NCBI GenBank assembly: GCA_964016885.1
Contig: OZ024743.1
Span: 136,090,001-136,154,000, forward strand
Direction of reading: 5' to 3'
DNA length: 64,000 nucleotides
Source of the DNA: Eledone cirrhosa
Lineage: Eukaryota
Positions 28,301 through 43,400 of the stretch are shown here, piece by piece. Each line of letters opens with the position of its first letter. The first letter of the stretch is position 1. The notes beneath the pieces were generated by a model, which was given only the letters and a program-made list of their open reading frames with translations, did no database searches and was not told where the DNA came from. A program made the position numbers and the translations under genes.

Positions 28301-31300
28301 CACCAAACAGCAAACGCCAAGCACCGAACACCAAACACCAAGCGCCAAGCACCAAACACCAAACACCAAGCACCAAGCACCAAACACCAAACACCAAGCA
28401 CCAATCACCAAACACCAAGCACCAAGCGCCAAGCACCAAACACCAAACACCTAGCACCAAGCACCAAGCACCAAACACCAAGTACCAAACACCAATCACC
28501 AAGCCCCAAGCACCAAACACCAAGCACCAAGCACCAAACACCAAACACCAAGCACCAAGCACCCAGAACCAAGCACCAAGCACCAAACACCAAGCACCAA
28601 GCACCGAGCACCAAACACCAAGCACCAAGCGCCAAGCACCAGACACCAAGCACCAAGCACCAAACACCAAACACCAAGCGCCAAGCACCAAACACCAAAC
28701 ACCAAGCACCAAGCACCAAACACCAAACACCAAGCACCAATCACCAAACACCAAGCACCAAGCGCCAAGCACCAGACACCAAGCACCAAGCACCAAACAC
28801 CAAACACCAAGCACCAAGCACTAAACACCAAACACCAAGCACCAAGCACCAAGCACCAAGCACCAAGCACCAAACACCAAGCACCAAGCACCAAGCACCA
28901 AGCACCAAGCACCAAACACCAAGCACCAAGCACCAAACAGCAAACACCAAGCACCAAACACCAAACACCAAGCACCAAGCACCAAACACCAAACACCAAA
29001 CACCAAGCACCAAGCCCCAAGCACCAAACAGCAAGCACCAAGCACCAAACACCAAGCACGAAGCACCAAGCACCATGCACCAAACACCAAGCACCAAGCA
29101 CCAAACAGCAAACACCAAACAGCAAACACCAAACACCAAACACCAACCAGCAAACACCAAACACCAAACACCAAACAGCAAACACCAAACAGCAAACACC
29201 AAACAGCAAACACCAAACACCAAACACCAAACAGCAAACGCCAAAAAGCAAACGCCAAACCCCATACGCCAAACAGCAAATGCCAAACCCCAAACGCCAA
29301 ACAGCAAACGCCAAGCACCGAAAACCAAACACCAAGCGCCAAGCACCAAACACCAAACACCAAGCACCAAGCACCAAACACCAAACACCAAGCACCAATC
29401 ACCAAACACCAAGCACCAAGCGCCAAGCACCAAACACCAAACACCTAGCACCAAGCACCAAGCACCAAACACCAAGTACCAAACACCAATCACCAAGCCC
29501 CAAGCACCAAACACCAAGCACCAAGCACCAAACACCAAACACCAAGCACCAAGCACCCAGAACCAAGCACCAAGCACCAAACACCAAGCACCAAGCACCG
29601 AGCACCAAACACCAAGAACCAAGCACCAAGCACTAAACACCAAACACCAAGCACCAAGAACCAAACACCATACACCAAGCACCAAACACCAAACAGCAAA
29701 CGCCAAAAAGCAAACGCCAAACCCCATATGCCAAACAGCAAATGCCAAACTCCAAACGCCAAACAGCAAACGCCAGGCACCAAACACCAAACACCAAGCG
29801 CCAAGCACCAAACACCAAACACCAAGCACCAAGCACCAAACACCAAACACCAAGCACCAATCACCAAACTCCAAGCACCAAGCGCCAAGCACCAAACACC
29901 AAACACCTAGCACCAAGCACCAAGCACCAAACACCAAGCACCAAACACCAATCACCAAGCCCCAAGCACCAAACACCAAGCACCAAGCACCAAACACCAA
30001 ACACCAAGCACCAAGCACCAAGGACCAAGCACCAAACACCAAGCACCAAGCACCGAGCACCAAACACCAAGAACCAAGCACCAAGCACTAAACACCAAAC
30101 ACCAAGCACCAAGCACCAAACACCAAACACCAAGCACCAAGTACAAAACTCCAAACACCAAACACCAAGCACCAAGCACCAAATCCCAAGCACCAAACAC
30201 CAAGCACCAATCACCAAACACCAAACACCAAGCACCAAGCACCAAACTCCAAAAACCAAGCACCAAGCACCAAGCACCAAACACCAAACGCCAAACACCA
30301 AACACCAAGTACCAAGCACCAAACACCAAGCACCAAGCGCCAAAGACCAAACACCAAGCACCAAGCACGAAACACCAAGCACCAAGCACCGAGCACCAAA
30401 CACCAAGTACCAAGCACCAATCACCAAACACCAAGCACCAAGCACCAAACACCAAACACCAAGTACCAAGCACCAAGCATCAAGCACCAAGCACCAAACA
30501 CCAACCACCAAGCACCAAACACCAAACACAAAACAACAAGTACCAAGCACCAAACACCAAACACCAAACACCAAACACCAAGCACCAAACACCAAGCACC
30601 AAGCAACAAACACCAAACACCAAACACCAAGCACCAAGCACCAAACACCAAGCACCAACCACCAAGCACCAAACACCAAGCACCAAGCACCAAGCACCAA
30701 GCACCAAGCACCAAACACCAAGCACCAAGCACCAAACACCAAGCACCAACCACCAAGCACCAAACACCAAGCACCAAGCACCAAGCACCAAGCACCAAGC
30801 ACCAAACACCAAGCACCAAGCACCAAACAGCAAACACCAAGCACCAAACACCAAACACCAAGCACCAAGCAACAAACACCAAACACCAAGCAGCAAACAC
30901 CAAGCACCAAGCCCCAAGCACGAAACACCAAGCACCAAGCACAAGACACCAAGCACCAAGCACCAAGCACCAAGCACCAAAAACCAAGCACCAAGCTCCA
31001 AGCACCAAACACCAAGCACCAAACACCAAACACCAAGCACCAAGCACCAGACACCAAGCACCAAGCGCCAAACACCAAACACCAAGCACCAAGCACCAAA
31101 CACCAAGCACCAACCACCAAGCACCAAACACCAAGCACCAAGCACCAAGCACCAAGCACCAAGCACCAAACACCAAGCACCAAGCACCAGACAGCAAACA
31201 CCAAGCACCAAACACCAAACACCAAGCACCAAGCAACAAACACCAAACACCAAGCACCAAACACCAAGCACCAAGCCCCAAGCACGAAACACCAAGCACC

Positions 31301-34300
31301 AAGCACGAAACACCAAGCACCAAGCACCAAGCACCATGCACCAAACACCAAGCACCAAGCACCAAACAGCAAACACCAAACAGCAAACACCAAACAGCAA
31401 ACACCAAACAGCAAACACCAAACATCAAACACCAAACAGCAAACGCCAAAAAGCAAACGCCAAACTCCAAACGCCAAACAGCAAATGCCAAACCCAAACG
31501 CCAAACAGCAAACGCCAAGCACAAAACACCAAACACCAAGCGCCAAGCACCAAACACCAAACACCAAGCACCAAGCACCAAACACCAAACACCAAGCACC
31601 AAGTACCAAACACCAAACACCAAGCACCAAACACCAAACAGCAAACGCAAAAAAGCAAACGCCAAACCCCATACGCCAAACAGCAAATGCCAAACCCCAA
31701 ATGCCAAACGGCAAACGCCAAGCACCAAACACCAAACACCAAGCGCCAAGCACCAAACACCAAACACCAAGCACCAAGCACCAAACACCAAACACCAAGC
31801 ACCAATCACCAAACACCAAACACCAAGCGCCAAACACCAAACACCAAACACCTATCACCAAGCACCAAGCACCAAACACCAAGCACCAAACACCAAGCAC
31901 CAAGCACCAAGCACCAAGCACCAAACACCAATCACCAAGCCCCAAGCACCAAACACCAAGCACCCAGCACCAAACACCAAACACCAAGCACCAAGCACCC
32001 AGAACAAAGCACCAAGCACCAAACACCAAACACCAAGCTCCAAGCACGAAACACCAAACACCAAGCACCAAGCACCAAGCACCAAACACCAAACACCAAG
32101 CACCAATCACCAAACACCAAGCACCAAGCGCCAAACACCAAACACCAAACACCTAGCACCAAGCACCAAGCACCGAACACCAAGCACCAAGCACCAAGCA
32201 CCAAGCACCAAGCACCAAACACCAATCACCAAGCCCCAAGCACCAAACACCAAGCACCAAGCACCAAGCACCAAACACCAAACACCAAGCACCAAGCACC
32301 AAACACCAAACACCAAGCACCAAGCACCAAGCACCAAGCACCAAACACCATACACCAAACAGCAAACGCCAAAAAGCAAACGCCAAACCCCATACGCCAA
32401 ACAGCAAATGCCAAACCCCAAACGCCAAACAGCAAACGCCAAGCACCAAACACCAAACACCAAGCGCCAAGCACCAAACACCAAACACCAAGCACCAAGC
32501 ACCAAACACCAAACACCCAGCACCAAGCACTAAACACCAAACACCAAGCACCAAGCACCAAGCACCAAGCACCAAGCACCAAACACCAAGCACCAAGCAC
32601 CAAGCACCAAGCACCAAGCACCAAACACCAAGCACCAAGCACCAAACAGCAAACACCAAGCACCAAACACCAAACACCAAGCACCAAGCACCAAACACCA
32701 AACACCAAACACCAAGCACCAAGCCCCAAGCACCAAACACCAAGCACCAAGCACCAAACACCAAGCACGAAGCACCAAGCACCATGCACCAAACACCAAG
32801 CACCAAGCACCAAACAGCAAACACCAAACAGCAAACACCAAACACCAAGCACCAAGCACCAAGCACCAAACACCAAACAGCAAATGCCAAAAAGCAAACG
32901 CCAAACCCCAAACGCCAAACAGTAAATGCCAAACCCCAAACGCCAAACAGCAAACGCCAAGCGCCAAACGCCAAACACCAAGCACCAAGCACCAAACACC
33001 AAACACCAAGCACCAAGTACCAAACACCAAACACCAAGCACCAAACACCAAACAGCAAACGCCAAAAAGCAAACGCCAAACCCCATACGCCAAACAACAA
33101 ATGCCAAACCCCAAACGCCAAACAGCAAACGCCAAGCACCGAACACCAAACACCAAGAACCAAGCACCAAGCACTAAACACCAAACACCAAGCACCAAGC
33201 ACCAAACACCAAACACCAAGCACCAAGCACCGAGCACCAAACACCAAGAACCAAGCACCAAGCACTAAACACCAAACACCAAGCACCAAGCACCAAACAC
33301 CAAACACCAAGCACCAAACACCAAACAGCAAACGCCAAAAAGCAAACGCCAAACCCCATACGCCAAACAGCAAATGCCAAACTCCAAACGCCAAACAGCA
33401 AACGCCAGGCACCAAACACCAAACACCAAGCGCCAAGCACCAAACACCAAACACCAAGCACCAAGCACCAAACACCAAACACCAAGCACCAATCACCAAA
33501 CACCAAGCACCAAGCGCCAAGCACCAAACACCAAACACCTAGCACCAAGCACCAAGCACCAAACACCAAGCACCAAACACCAATCACCAAGCCCCAAGCA
33601 CCAAACACCAAGCACCAAGCACCAAACACCAAACACCAAGCACCAAGCACCAAGGACCAAGCACCAAACACCAAGCACCAAGCACCGAGCACCAAACACC
33701 AAGAACCAAGCACCAAGCACTAAACACCAAACACCAAGCACCAAGCACCAAACACCAAACACCAAGCACCAAGTACAAAACTCCAAACACCAAACACCAA
33801 GCACCAAGCACCAAATCCCAAGCACCAAACACCAAGCACCAATCACCAAACACCAAACACCAAGCACCAAGCACCAAACTCCAAAAACCAAGCACCAAAC
33901 ACCAAGCACCAAACACCAAGCACCAAGCGCCAAAGACCAAACACCAAGCACCAAGCACGAAACACCAAGCACCAAGCACCGAGCACCAAACACCAAGTAC
34001 CAAGCACCAATCACCAAACACCAAGCACCAAGCACCAAACACCAAACACCAAGCACCAAGCACCAAGCATCAAGCACCAAGCACCAAACACCAACCACCA
34101 AGCACCAAACACCAAACACAAAACAACAAGTACCAAGCACCAAACACCAAACACCAAACACCAAACACCAAGCACCAAGCACAAGACACCAAGCACCAAG
34201 CACCAAGCACCAAGCACCAAAAACCAAGCACCAAGCTCCAAGCACCAAACACCAAGCACCAAACACCAAACACCAAGCACCAAGCACCAAACACCAAGCA

Positions 34301-36136
34301 CCAAGCGCCAAACACCAAACACCAAGCACCAAGCACCAAACACCAAGCACCAACCACCAAGCACCAAACACCAAGCACCAAGCACCAAGCACCAAGCACC
34401 AAGCACCAAACACCAAGCACCAAGCACCAAACAGCAAACACCAAGCACCAAACACCAAACACTACGCACCAAGCAACAAACACCAAACACCAAGCACCAA
34501 ACACCAAGCACCAAGCCCCAAGCACGAAACACCAAGCACCAAGCACGAAACACCAAGCACCAAGCACCAAGCACCATGCACCAAACACCAAGCACCAAGC
34601 ACCAAACAGCAAACACCAAACAACAAACACCAAACAGCAAACACCAAACAGCAAACACCAAACAGCAAACACCAAACAGCAAACGCCAAAAAGCAAACGC
34701 CAAACTCCAAACGCCAAACAGCAAATGCCAAACCCAAACGCCAAACAGCAAACGCCAGGCACAAAACACCAAACACCAAGCGCCAAGCACCAAACACCAA
34801 ACACCAAGCACCAAGCACCAAATACCAAACACCAAGCACCAAGTACCAAACACCAAACACCAAGCACCAAACACCAAACAGCAAACGCAAAAAAGCAAAC
34901 GCCAAACCCCATACGCCAAACAGCAAATGCCAAACCCCAAATGCCAAACGGCAAACGCCAAGCACCAAACACCAAACACCAAGCGCCAAGCACCAAACAC
35001 CAAACACCAAGCACCAAGCACCAAGCACCAAACACCAAGCACCAAACACCAAGCACCAAGCACCAAGCACCAAGCACCAAACACCAATCACCAAGCCCCA
35101 AGCACCAAACACCAAGCACCCAGCACCAAACACCAAACACCAAGCACCAAGCACCCAGAACAAAGCACCAAGCACCAAACACCAAACACCAAGCTCCAAG
35201 CACCAAACACCAAACACCAAGCACCAAGCACCAAGCACCAAACACCAAACACCAAGCACCAATCACCAAACACCAAGCACCAAGCGCCAAACACCAAACA
35301 CCAAACACCTAGCACCAAGCACCAAGCACCGAACACCAAGCACCAAGCACCAAGCACCAAGCACCAAGCACCAAACACCAATCACCAAGCCCCAAGCACC
35401 AAACACCAAGCACCAAGCACCAAACACCAAACACCAAGCACCAAGCACCAAACTCCAAACACCAAGCACCAAGCACCAAGCACCAAGCACCAAACACCAT
35501 ACACCAAACAGCAAACGCCAAAAAGCAAACGCCAAACCCCATACGCCAAACAGCAAATGCCAAACCCCAAACGCCAAACAGCAAACGCCAAGCACCAAAC
35601 ACCAAACACCAAGCTTCAAGCACCAAACACCAAACACCAAGCACCAAGCACCAAACACCAAACACCAAGCACCAATCACCAAACACCAAGCACCAAGCGC
35701 CAAGCACCAAACACCAAACACCTAGCACCAAGCACCAAGCACCAAACACCAAGCACCAAACACCAATCACCAAGCCCCAAGCACCAAACACCAAGCACCA
35801 AGCACCAAACACCAAACACCAAGCACCAAGCACCCAGAACCAAGCACCAAGCACCAAACACCAAGCACCAAGCACCGAGCACCAAACACCAAGAACCAAG
35901 CACCAAGCACTAAACACCAAACACCAAGCACCAAGCACCAAACACCAAACACCAAGCACCAAGTACCAAACTCCAAACACCAAACACCAAGCACCAAGCA
36001 CCAAATCCCAAGCACCAAACACCAAGCACCAATCACCAAACACCAAACACCAAGCACCAAGCACCAAACTCCAAAATCCAAGCACCAAGCACCAAGCACC
36101 AAACACCAAACGCCAAACACCAAACACCAAGTACCA
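22630..36136 (+). repeat. Direct duplication, ~22630-25790 matches ~32976-36136 (offset 10346)
   Basis: Near-identical 783-aa pseudo-ORFs 23028..25379 and 33374..35725; pairs 22828/33174, 24230/34576, 25330/35676, 25687/36033 are all offset 10346. Shared rare units CAC(C/T)ACG (24114/34460) and C(G/T)TCAAG (25268/35614). Confidence 0.9.
25910..29090 (+). repeat. 1590-bp tandem duplication (two copies, junction near 27500)
   Basis: ORF pairs 26288/27878, 26493/28083, 26668/28258, 26815/28405 are offset 1590. Both copies carry an 8-bp unit CACCAAAG (25933, 27530) and the rare CACCCAA (26312, 27902). Confidence 0.9.
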
Positions 36137-37499
36137 AACACCAAAGACCAAACACCAGGCACCAAGCACGAAACACCAAGCACCAAGCACCGAGCACCAA
36201 ACACCAAGTACCAAGCACCAATCACCAAACACCAAGCACCAAGCACCAAACACCAAACACCAAGCACCAAGCACCAAACACCAAAGACCAAGCACCAAGC
36301 CCCAAGCACCAAACAGCAAGCACCAAGCACCAAACACCAAACACCAAGCACCAAGCACTAAACACCAAACACCAAGCACCAAGCACCAAGCACCAAGCAC
36401 CAAGCACCAAACACCAAGCACCAAGCACCAAGCACCAAGCACCAAGCACCAAACACCAAGCACCAAGCACCAAACAGCAAACACCAAGCACCAAACACCA
36501 AACACCAAGCACCAAGCACCAAACACCAAGCACGAAGCACCAAGCACCATGCACCAAACACCAAGCACCAAGCACCAAACAGCAAACACCAAACAGCAAA
36601 CACCAAACACCAAACACCAACCAGCAAACACCAAACACCAAACACCAAACACCAAACACCAAACAGCAAACACCAAACAGCTAACACCAAACACCAAACA
36701 CCAAACAGCAAATGCCAAAAAGCAAACGCCAAACCCCAAACGCCAAACAGTAAATGCCAAACCCCAAACGCCAAACAGCAAACGCCAAGCGCCAAACGCC
36801 AAACACCAAGCGCCAAGCACCAAACACCAAACACCAAGCACCAAGCACCAAACACCAAACACCAAGCACCAAGTACCAAACACCAAACACCAAGCACCAA
36901 ACACCAAACAGCAAACACCAAAAAGCAAATGCCAAACCCCATACGCCAAACAGCAAATGCCAAACCCCAAACGCCAAACAGCAAACGCCAAGCACCGAAC
37001 ACCAAACACCAAGCGCCAAGCACCAAACACCAAACACCAAGCACCAAGCACCAAACACCAAACACCAAGCACCAATCACCAAACACCAAGCACCAAGCGC
37101 CAAGCACCAAACACCAAACACCTAGCACCAAGCACCAAGCACCAAACACCAAGTACCAAACACCAATCACCAAGCCCCAAGCACCAAACACCAAGCACCA
37201 AGCACCAAACACCAAACACCAAGCACCAAGCACCCAGAACCAAGCACCAAGCACCAAACACCAAGCACCAAGCACCGAGCACCAAACACCAAGAACCAAG
37301 CACCAAGCACTAAACACCAAACACCAAGCACCAAGCACCAAACACCAAACACCAAGCACCAAACACCAAACAGCAAACGCCAAAAAGCAAACGCCAAACC
37401 CCATACGCCAAACAGCAAATGCCAAACCCCAAACGCCAAACAGCAAACGCCAGGCACCAAACACCAAACACCAAGCACCAAGCACCAAACACCAAACAC

Positions 37500-40400
37500 C
37501 AAGCACCAATCACCAAACACCAAGCACCAAGCGCCAAGCACCAAACACCAAACACCTAGCACCAAGCACCAAGCACCAAACACCAAGCACCAAACACCAA
37601 TCACCAAGCCCCAAGCACCAAACACAAAGCACCAAGCACCAAACACCAAACACCAAGCACCAAGCACCAAGGACCAAGCACCAAACACCAAGCACCAAGC
37701 ACCGAGCACCAAACACCAAGAACCAAGCACCAAGCACTAAACACCAAACACCAAGCACCAAGCACCAAACACCAAACACCAAGCACCAAGTACCAAACTC
37801 CAAACACCAAACACCAAGCACCAAGCACCAAATCCCAAGCACCAAACACCAAGCACCAATCACCAAACACCAAACACCAAGCACCAAGCACCAAACTCCA
37901 AAAACCAAGCACCAAGCACCAAGCACCAAACACCAAACGCCAAACACCAAACACCAAGTACCAAGCACCAAACACCAAGCACCAAGCGCCAAAGACCAAA
38001 CACCAAGCACCAAGCACGAAACACCAAGCACCAAGCACCGAGCACCAAACACCAAGTACCAAGCACCAAACACCAAACACCAAGCACCAAGCACCAAACA
38101 CCAAACACCAAGCACCAAGTACCAAACACCAAACACCAAACACCAAACACCAAACAGCAAACGCCAAAAAGCAAACGCCAAACTCCAAACGCCAAACGAC
38201 AAACGCCAAGGACCAAACACCAAACACCAAGCGCCAAGCACCAAACACCAAACACCAAGCACCAAACACCAAACACCAAGGACCAATCACCAAACACCAA
38301 GCACCAAACACCAAGCACCAAACACCAAGCACCAAGCACCAAGCGCCAAACACCAAACACCAAACACCTAGCACCAAGCACCAAGCACCAAACACCAAGC
38401 ACCAAACACCAAGCACCAAGCACCAAGCACCAAGCACCAAGCACCAAACACCAATCACCAAGCCCCAAGCACCAAACACCAAGCACCCAGCACCATGCAC
38501 CAAACACCAAGCACCAAGCACCCAGAACAAAGCACCAAGCACCAAACACCAAACACCAAGCTCCAAGCACCAAACACCAAACACCAAGCACCAAGCACCA
38601 AGCACCAAACACCAAACACCAAGCACCAAGCACCAAACACCAAACACCAAGCACCAATCACCAAACACCAAGCACCAAGCGCCAAACACCAAACACCAAA
38701 CACCTAGCACCAAGCACCAAGCACCGAACACCAAGCACCAAACACCAAGCACCAAGCACCAAGCACCAAACACCAATCACCAAGCCCCAAGCACCAAACA
38801 CCAAGCACCAAGCACCAAACACCAAACACCAAGCACCAAGCACCCAGAACCAAGCACCAAGCACCAAACACCAAACACCAAGCACCAAGCACCAAACCCC
38901 AAACACCAAGCACCAAGCACCAAGCACCAAGCACCAAACACCATACACCAAGCACCAAGCACCAAACACCAAAAACCAATCACCAAGCACCAAAGAGCAA
39001 ACACCAAGCCCCAAGCAACAAACACCAAACACCAAACACCAAATAGCAAACACCAAACACCAACCAGGAAACACCAAACAGCAAACACCAAACAGCAAAC
39101 GCCAAACAGCAAACACAAACACCAAGCACCAAACACCAAGCACCAACCACCAAGCACCAAACACCAAGCACCAAGCACCAAGCACCAAGCACCAAGCACC
39201 AAACACCAAGCACCAAGCACCAAACAGCAAACACCAAGCACCAAACACCAAACACCACGCACCAAGCAACAAACACCAAACACCAAGCACCAAACACCAA
39301 GCACCAAGCCCCAAGCACGAAACACCAAGCACCAAGCACGAAACACCAAGCACCAAGCACCAAGCACCATGCACCAAAAACCAAGCACCAAGCACCAAAC
39401 AGCAAACACCAAACAACAAACACCAAACAGCAAACACCAAACAGCAAACACCAAACAGCAAACACCAAACAGCAAACGCCAAAAAGCAAACGCCAAACTC
39501 CAAACGCCAAACAGCAAATGCCAAACCCAAACGCCAAACAGCAAACGCCAAGCACAAAACACCAAACACCAAGCGCCAAGCACCAAACACCAAACACCAA
39601 GCACCAAGCACCAAATACCAAACACCAAGCACCAAGTACCAAACACCAAACACCAAGCACCAAACACCAAACAGCAAACGCAAAAAAGCAAACGCCAAAC
39701 CCCATACGCCAAACAGCAAATGCCAAACCCCAAATGCCAAACGGCAAACGCCAAGCACCAAACACCAAACACCAAGCGCCAAGCACCAAACACCAAACAC
39801 CAAGCACCAAGCACCAAACACCAAACACCTATCACCAAGCACCAAGCACCAAGCGCCAAACACCAAACACCAAACACCTAGCACCAAGCACCAAGCACCG
39901 AACACCAAGCACCAAGCACCAAGCACCAAGCACCAAGCACCAAACACCAATCACCAAGCCCCAAGCACCAAACACCAAGCACCAAGCACCAAACACCAAA
40001 CACCAAGCACCAAGCACCAAACACCAAACACCAAGCACCAAGCACCAAGCACCAAGCACCAAACACCATACACCAAACAGCAAACGCCAAAAAGCAAACG
40101 CCAAACCCCATACGCCAAACAGCAAATGCCAAACCCCAAACGCCAAACAGCAAACGCCAAGCACCAAACACCAAACACCATGCGTCAAGCACCAAACACC
40201 AAACACCAAGCACCAAGCACCAAACACCAAACACCAAGCACCAATCACCAAACACCAAGCACCAAGCGCCAAGCACCAAACACCAAACACCTAGCACCAA
40301 GCACCAAGCACCAAACACCAAGCACCAAACACCAATCACCAAGCCCCAAGCACCAAACACCAAGCACCAAGCACCAAACACCAAACACCAAGCACCAAGC

Positions 40401-43400
40401 ACCCAGAACCAAGCACCAAGCACCAAACACCAAGCACCAAGCACCGAGCACCAAACACCAAGAAGCAAGCACCAAGCACTAAACACCAAACACCAAGCAC
40501 CAAGCACCAAACACCAAACACCAAGCACCAAGTACCAAACTCCAAACACCAAACACCAAGCACCAAGCACCAAATCCCAAGCACCAAACACCAAGCACCA
40601 ATCACCAAACACCAAACACCAAGCACCAAGCACCAAACTCCAAAAACCAAGCACCAAGCACCAAGCACCAAACACCAAACGCCAAACACCAAACACCAAG
40701 TACCAAGCACCAAACACCAAGCACCAAGCGCCAAAGACCAAACACCAAGCACCAAGCACGAAACACCAAGCACCAAGCACCGAGCACCAAACACCAAGTA
40801 CCAAGCACCAATCACCAAACACCAAGCACCAAGCACCAAACACCAAACACCAAGCACCAAGCACCAAACACCAAACACCAAGCACCAAGCCCCAAGCACC
40901 AAACAGCAAGAACCAAGCACCAAACACCAAACACCAAGCACCAAGCACTAAACTCCAAACACCAAGCACCAAGCACCAAGCACCAAGCACCAAGCACCAA
41001 ACACCAAGCACCAAGCACCAAGCACCAAGCACCAAGCACCAAACACCAAGCACCAAGCACCAAACAGCAAACACCAAGCACCAAACAACAAACACCAAGC
41101 ACCAAGCACCAAACACCAAACACCAAACACCAAGCACCAAGCCCCAAGCACCAAACACCAAGCACCAAGCACCAAACACCAAGCACGAAGCACCAAGCAC
41201 CATGCACCAAACACCAAGCACCAAGCACCAAACAGCAAACACCAAACAGCAAACACCAAACACCAAACACCAACCAGCAAACACCAAACACCAAACACCA
41301 AACAGCAAACACCAAACAGCAAGAACCAAGCACCAAACACCAAACACCAAGCGCCAAGCACCAAACACCAAACACCAAGCACCAAGCACCAAACACCAAA
41401 CACCAAGCACCAAGTACCAAACACCAAACACCAAGCACCAAACACCAAACAGCAAACACCAAAAAGCAAATGCCAAACCCCATACGCCAAACAGCAAATG
41501 CCAAACCCCAAACGCCAAACAGCAAACGCCAAGCACCGAACACCAAACACCAAGCGCCAAGCACCAAACACCAAACACCAAGCACCAAGCACCAAACACC
41601 AAACACCAAGCACCAATCACCAAACACCAAGCACCAAGCGCCAAGCACCAAACACCAAACACCTAGCACCAAGCACCAAGCACCAAACACCAAGTACCAA
41701 ACACCAATCACCAAGCCCCAAGCACCAAACACCAAGCACCAAGCACCAAACACCAAACACCAAGCACCAAGCACCCAGAACCAAGCACCAAGCACCAAAC
41801 ACCAAGCACCAAGCACCGAGCACCAAACACCAAGAACCAAGCACCAAGCACTAAACACCAAACACCAAGCACCAAGCACCAAACACCAAACACCAAGCAC
41901 GAAACACCAAACAGCAAACGCCAAAAAGCAAACGCCAAACCCCATACGCCAAACAGCAAATGCCAAACCCCAAACGCCAAACAGCAAACGCCAGGCACCA
42001 AACACCAAACACCAAGCGCCAAGCACCAAACACCAAACACCAAGCACCAATCACCAAACACCAAGCACCAAGCGCCAAACACCAAACACCAAACACCTAG
42101 CACCAAGCACCAAGCACCGAACACCAAGCACCAAGCACCAAGCACCAAGCACCAAGCACCAAACACCAATCACCAAGCCCCAAGCACCAAACACCAAGCA
42201 CCAAGCACCAAACACCAAACACCAAGCACCAAGCACCAAACACCAAACACCAAGCACCAAGTACCAAACACCAAACACCAAGCACCAAACACCAAACAGC
42301 AAACACCAAAAAGCAAATGCCAAACCCCATACGCCAAACAGCAAATGCCAAACCCCAAACGCCAAACAGCAAACGCCAAGCACCGAACACCAAACACCAA
42401 GCGCCAAGCACCAAACACCAAACACCAAGCACCAAGCACCAAACACCAAACACCAAGCACCAATCACCAAACACCAAGCACCAAGCGCCAAGCACCAAAC
42501 ACCAAACACCTAGCACCAAGCACCAAGCACCAAACACCAAGTACCAAACACCAATCACCAAGCCCCAAGCACCAAACACCAAGCACCAAGCACCAAACAC
42601 CAAACACCAAGCACCAAGCACCCAGAACCAAGCACCAAGCACCAAACACCAAGCACCAAGCACCGAGCACCAAACACCAAGAACCAAGCACCAAGCACTA
42701 AACACCAAACACCAAGCACCAAGCACCAAACACCAAACACCAAGCACCAAACACCAACCAGCAAACGCCAAAAAGCAAACGCCAAACCCCATACGCCAAA
42801 CAGCAAATGCCAAACCCCAAACGCCAAACAGCAAACGCCAGGCACCAAACACCAAACACCAAGCGCCAAGCACCAAACACCAAACACCAAGCACCAAGCA
42901 CCAAACACCAAACACCAAGCACCAATCACCAAACACCAAGCACCAAGCGCCAAGCACCAAACACCAAACACCTAGCACCAAGCACCAAGCATCAAACACC
43001 AAGCACCAAACACCAATCACCAAGCCCCAAGCACCAAACACCAAGCACCAAGCACCAAACACCAAACACCAAGCACCAAGCACCAAGGACCAAGCACCAA
43101 ACACCAAGCACCAAGCACCGAGCACCAAACACCAAGAACCAAGCACCAAGCACTAAACACCAAACACCAAGCACCAAGCACCAAACACCAAACACCAAGC
43201 ACCAAGTACCAAACTCCAAACACCAAACACCAAGCACCAAGCACCAAATCCCAAGCACCAAACACCAAGCACCAATCACCAAACACCAAACACCAAGCAC
43301 CAAGCACCAAACTCCAAAAACCAAGCACCAAGCACCAAGCACCAAACACCAAACGCCAAACACCAAACACCAAGTACCAAGCACCAAACACCAAGCACCA

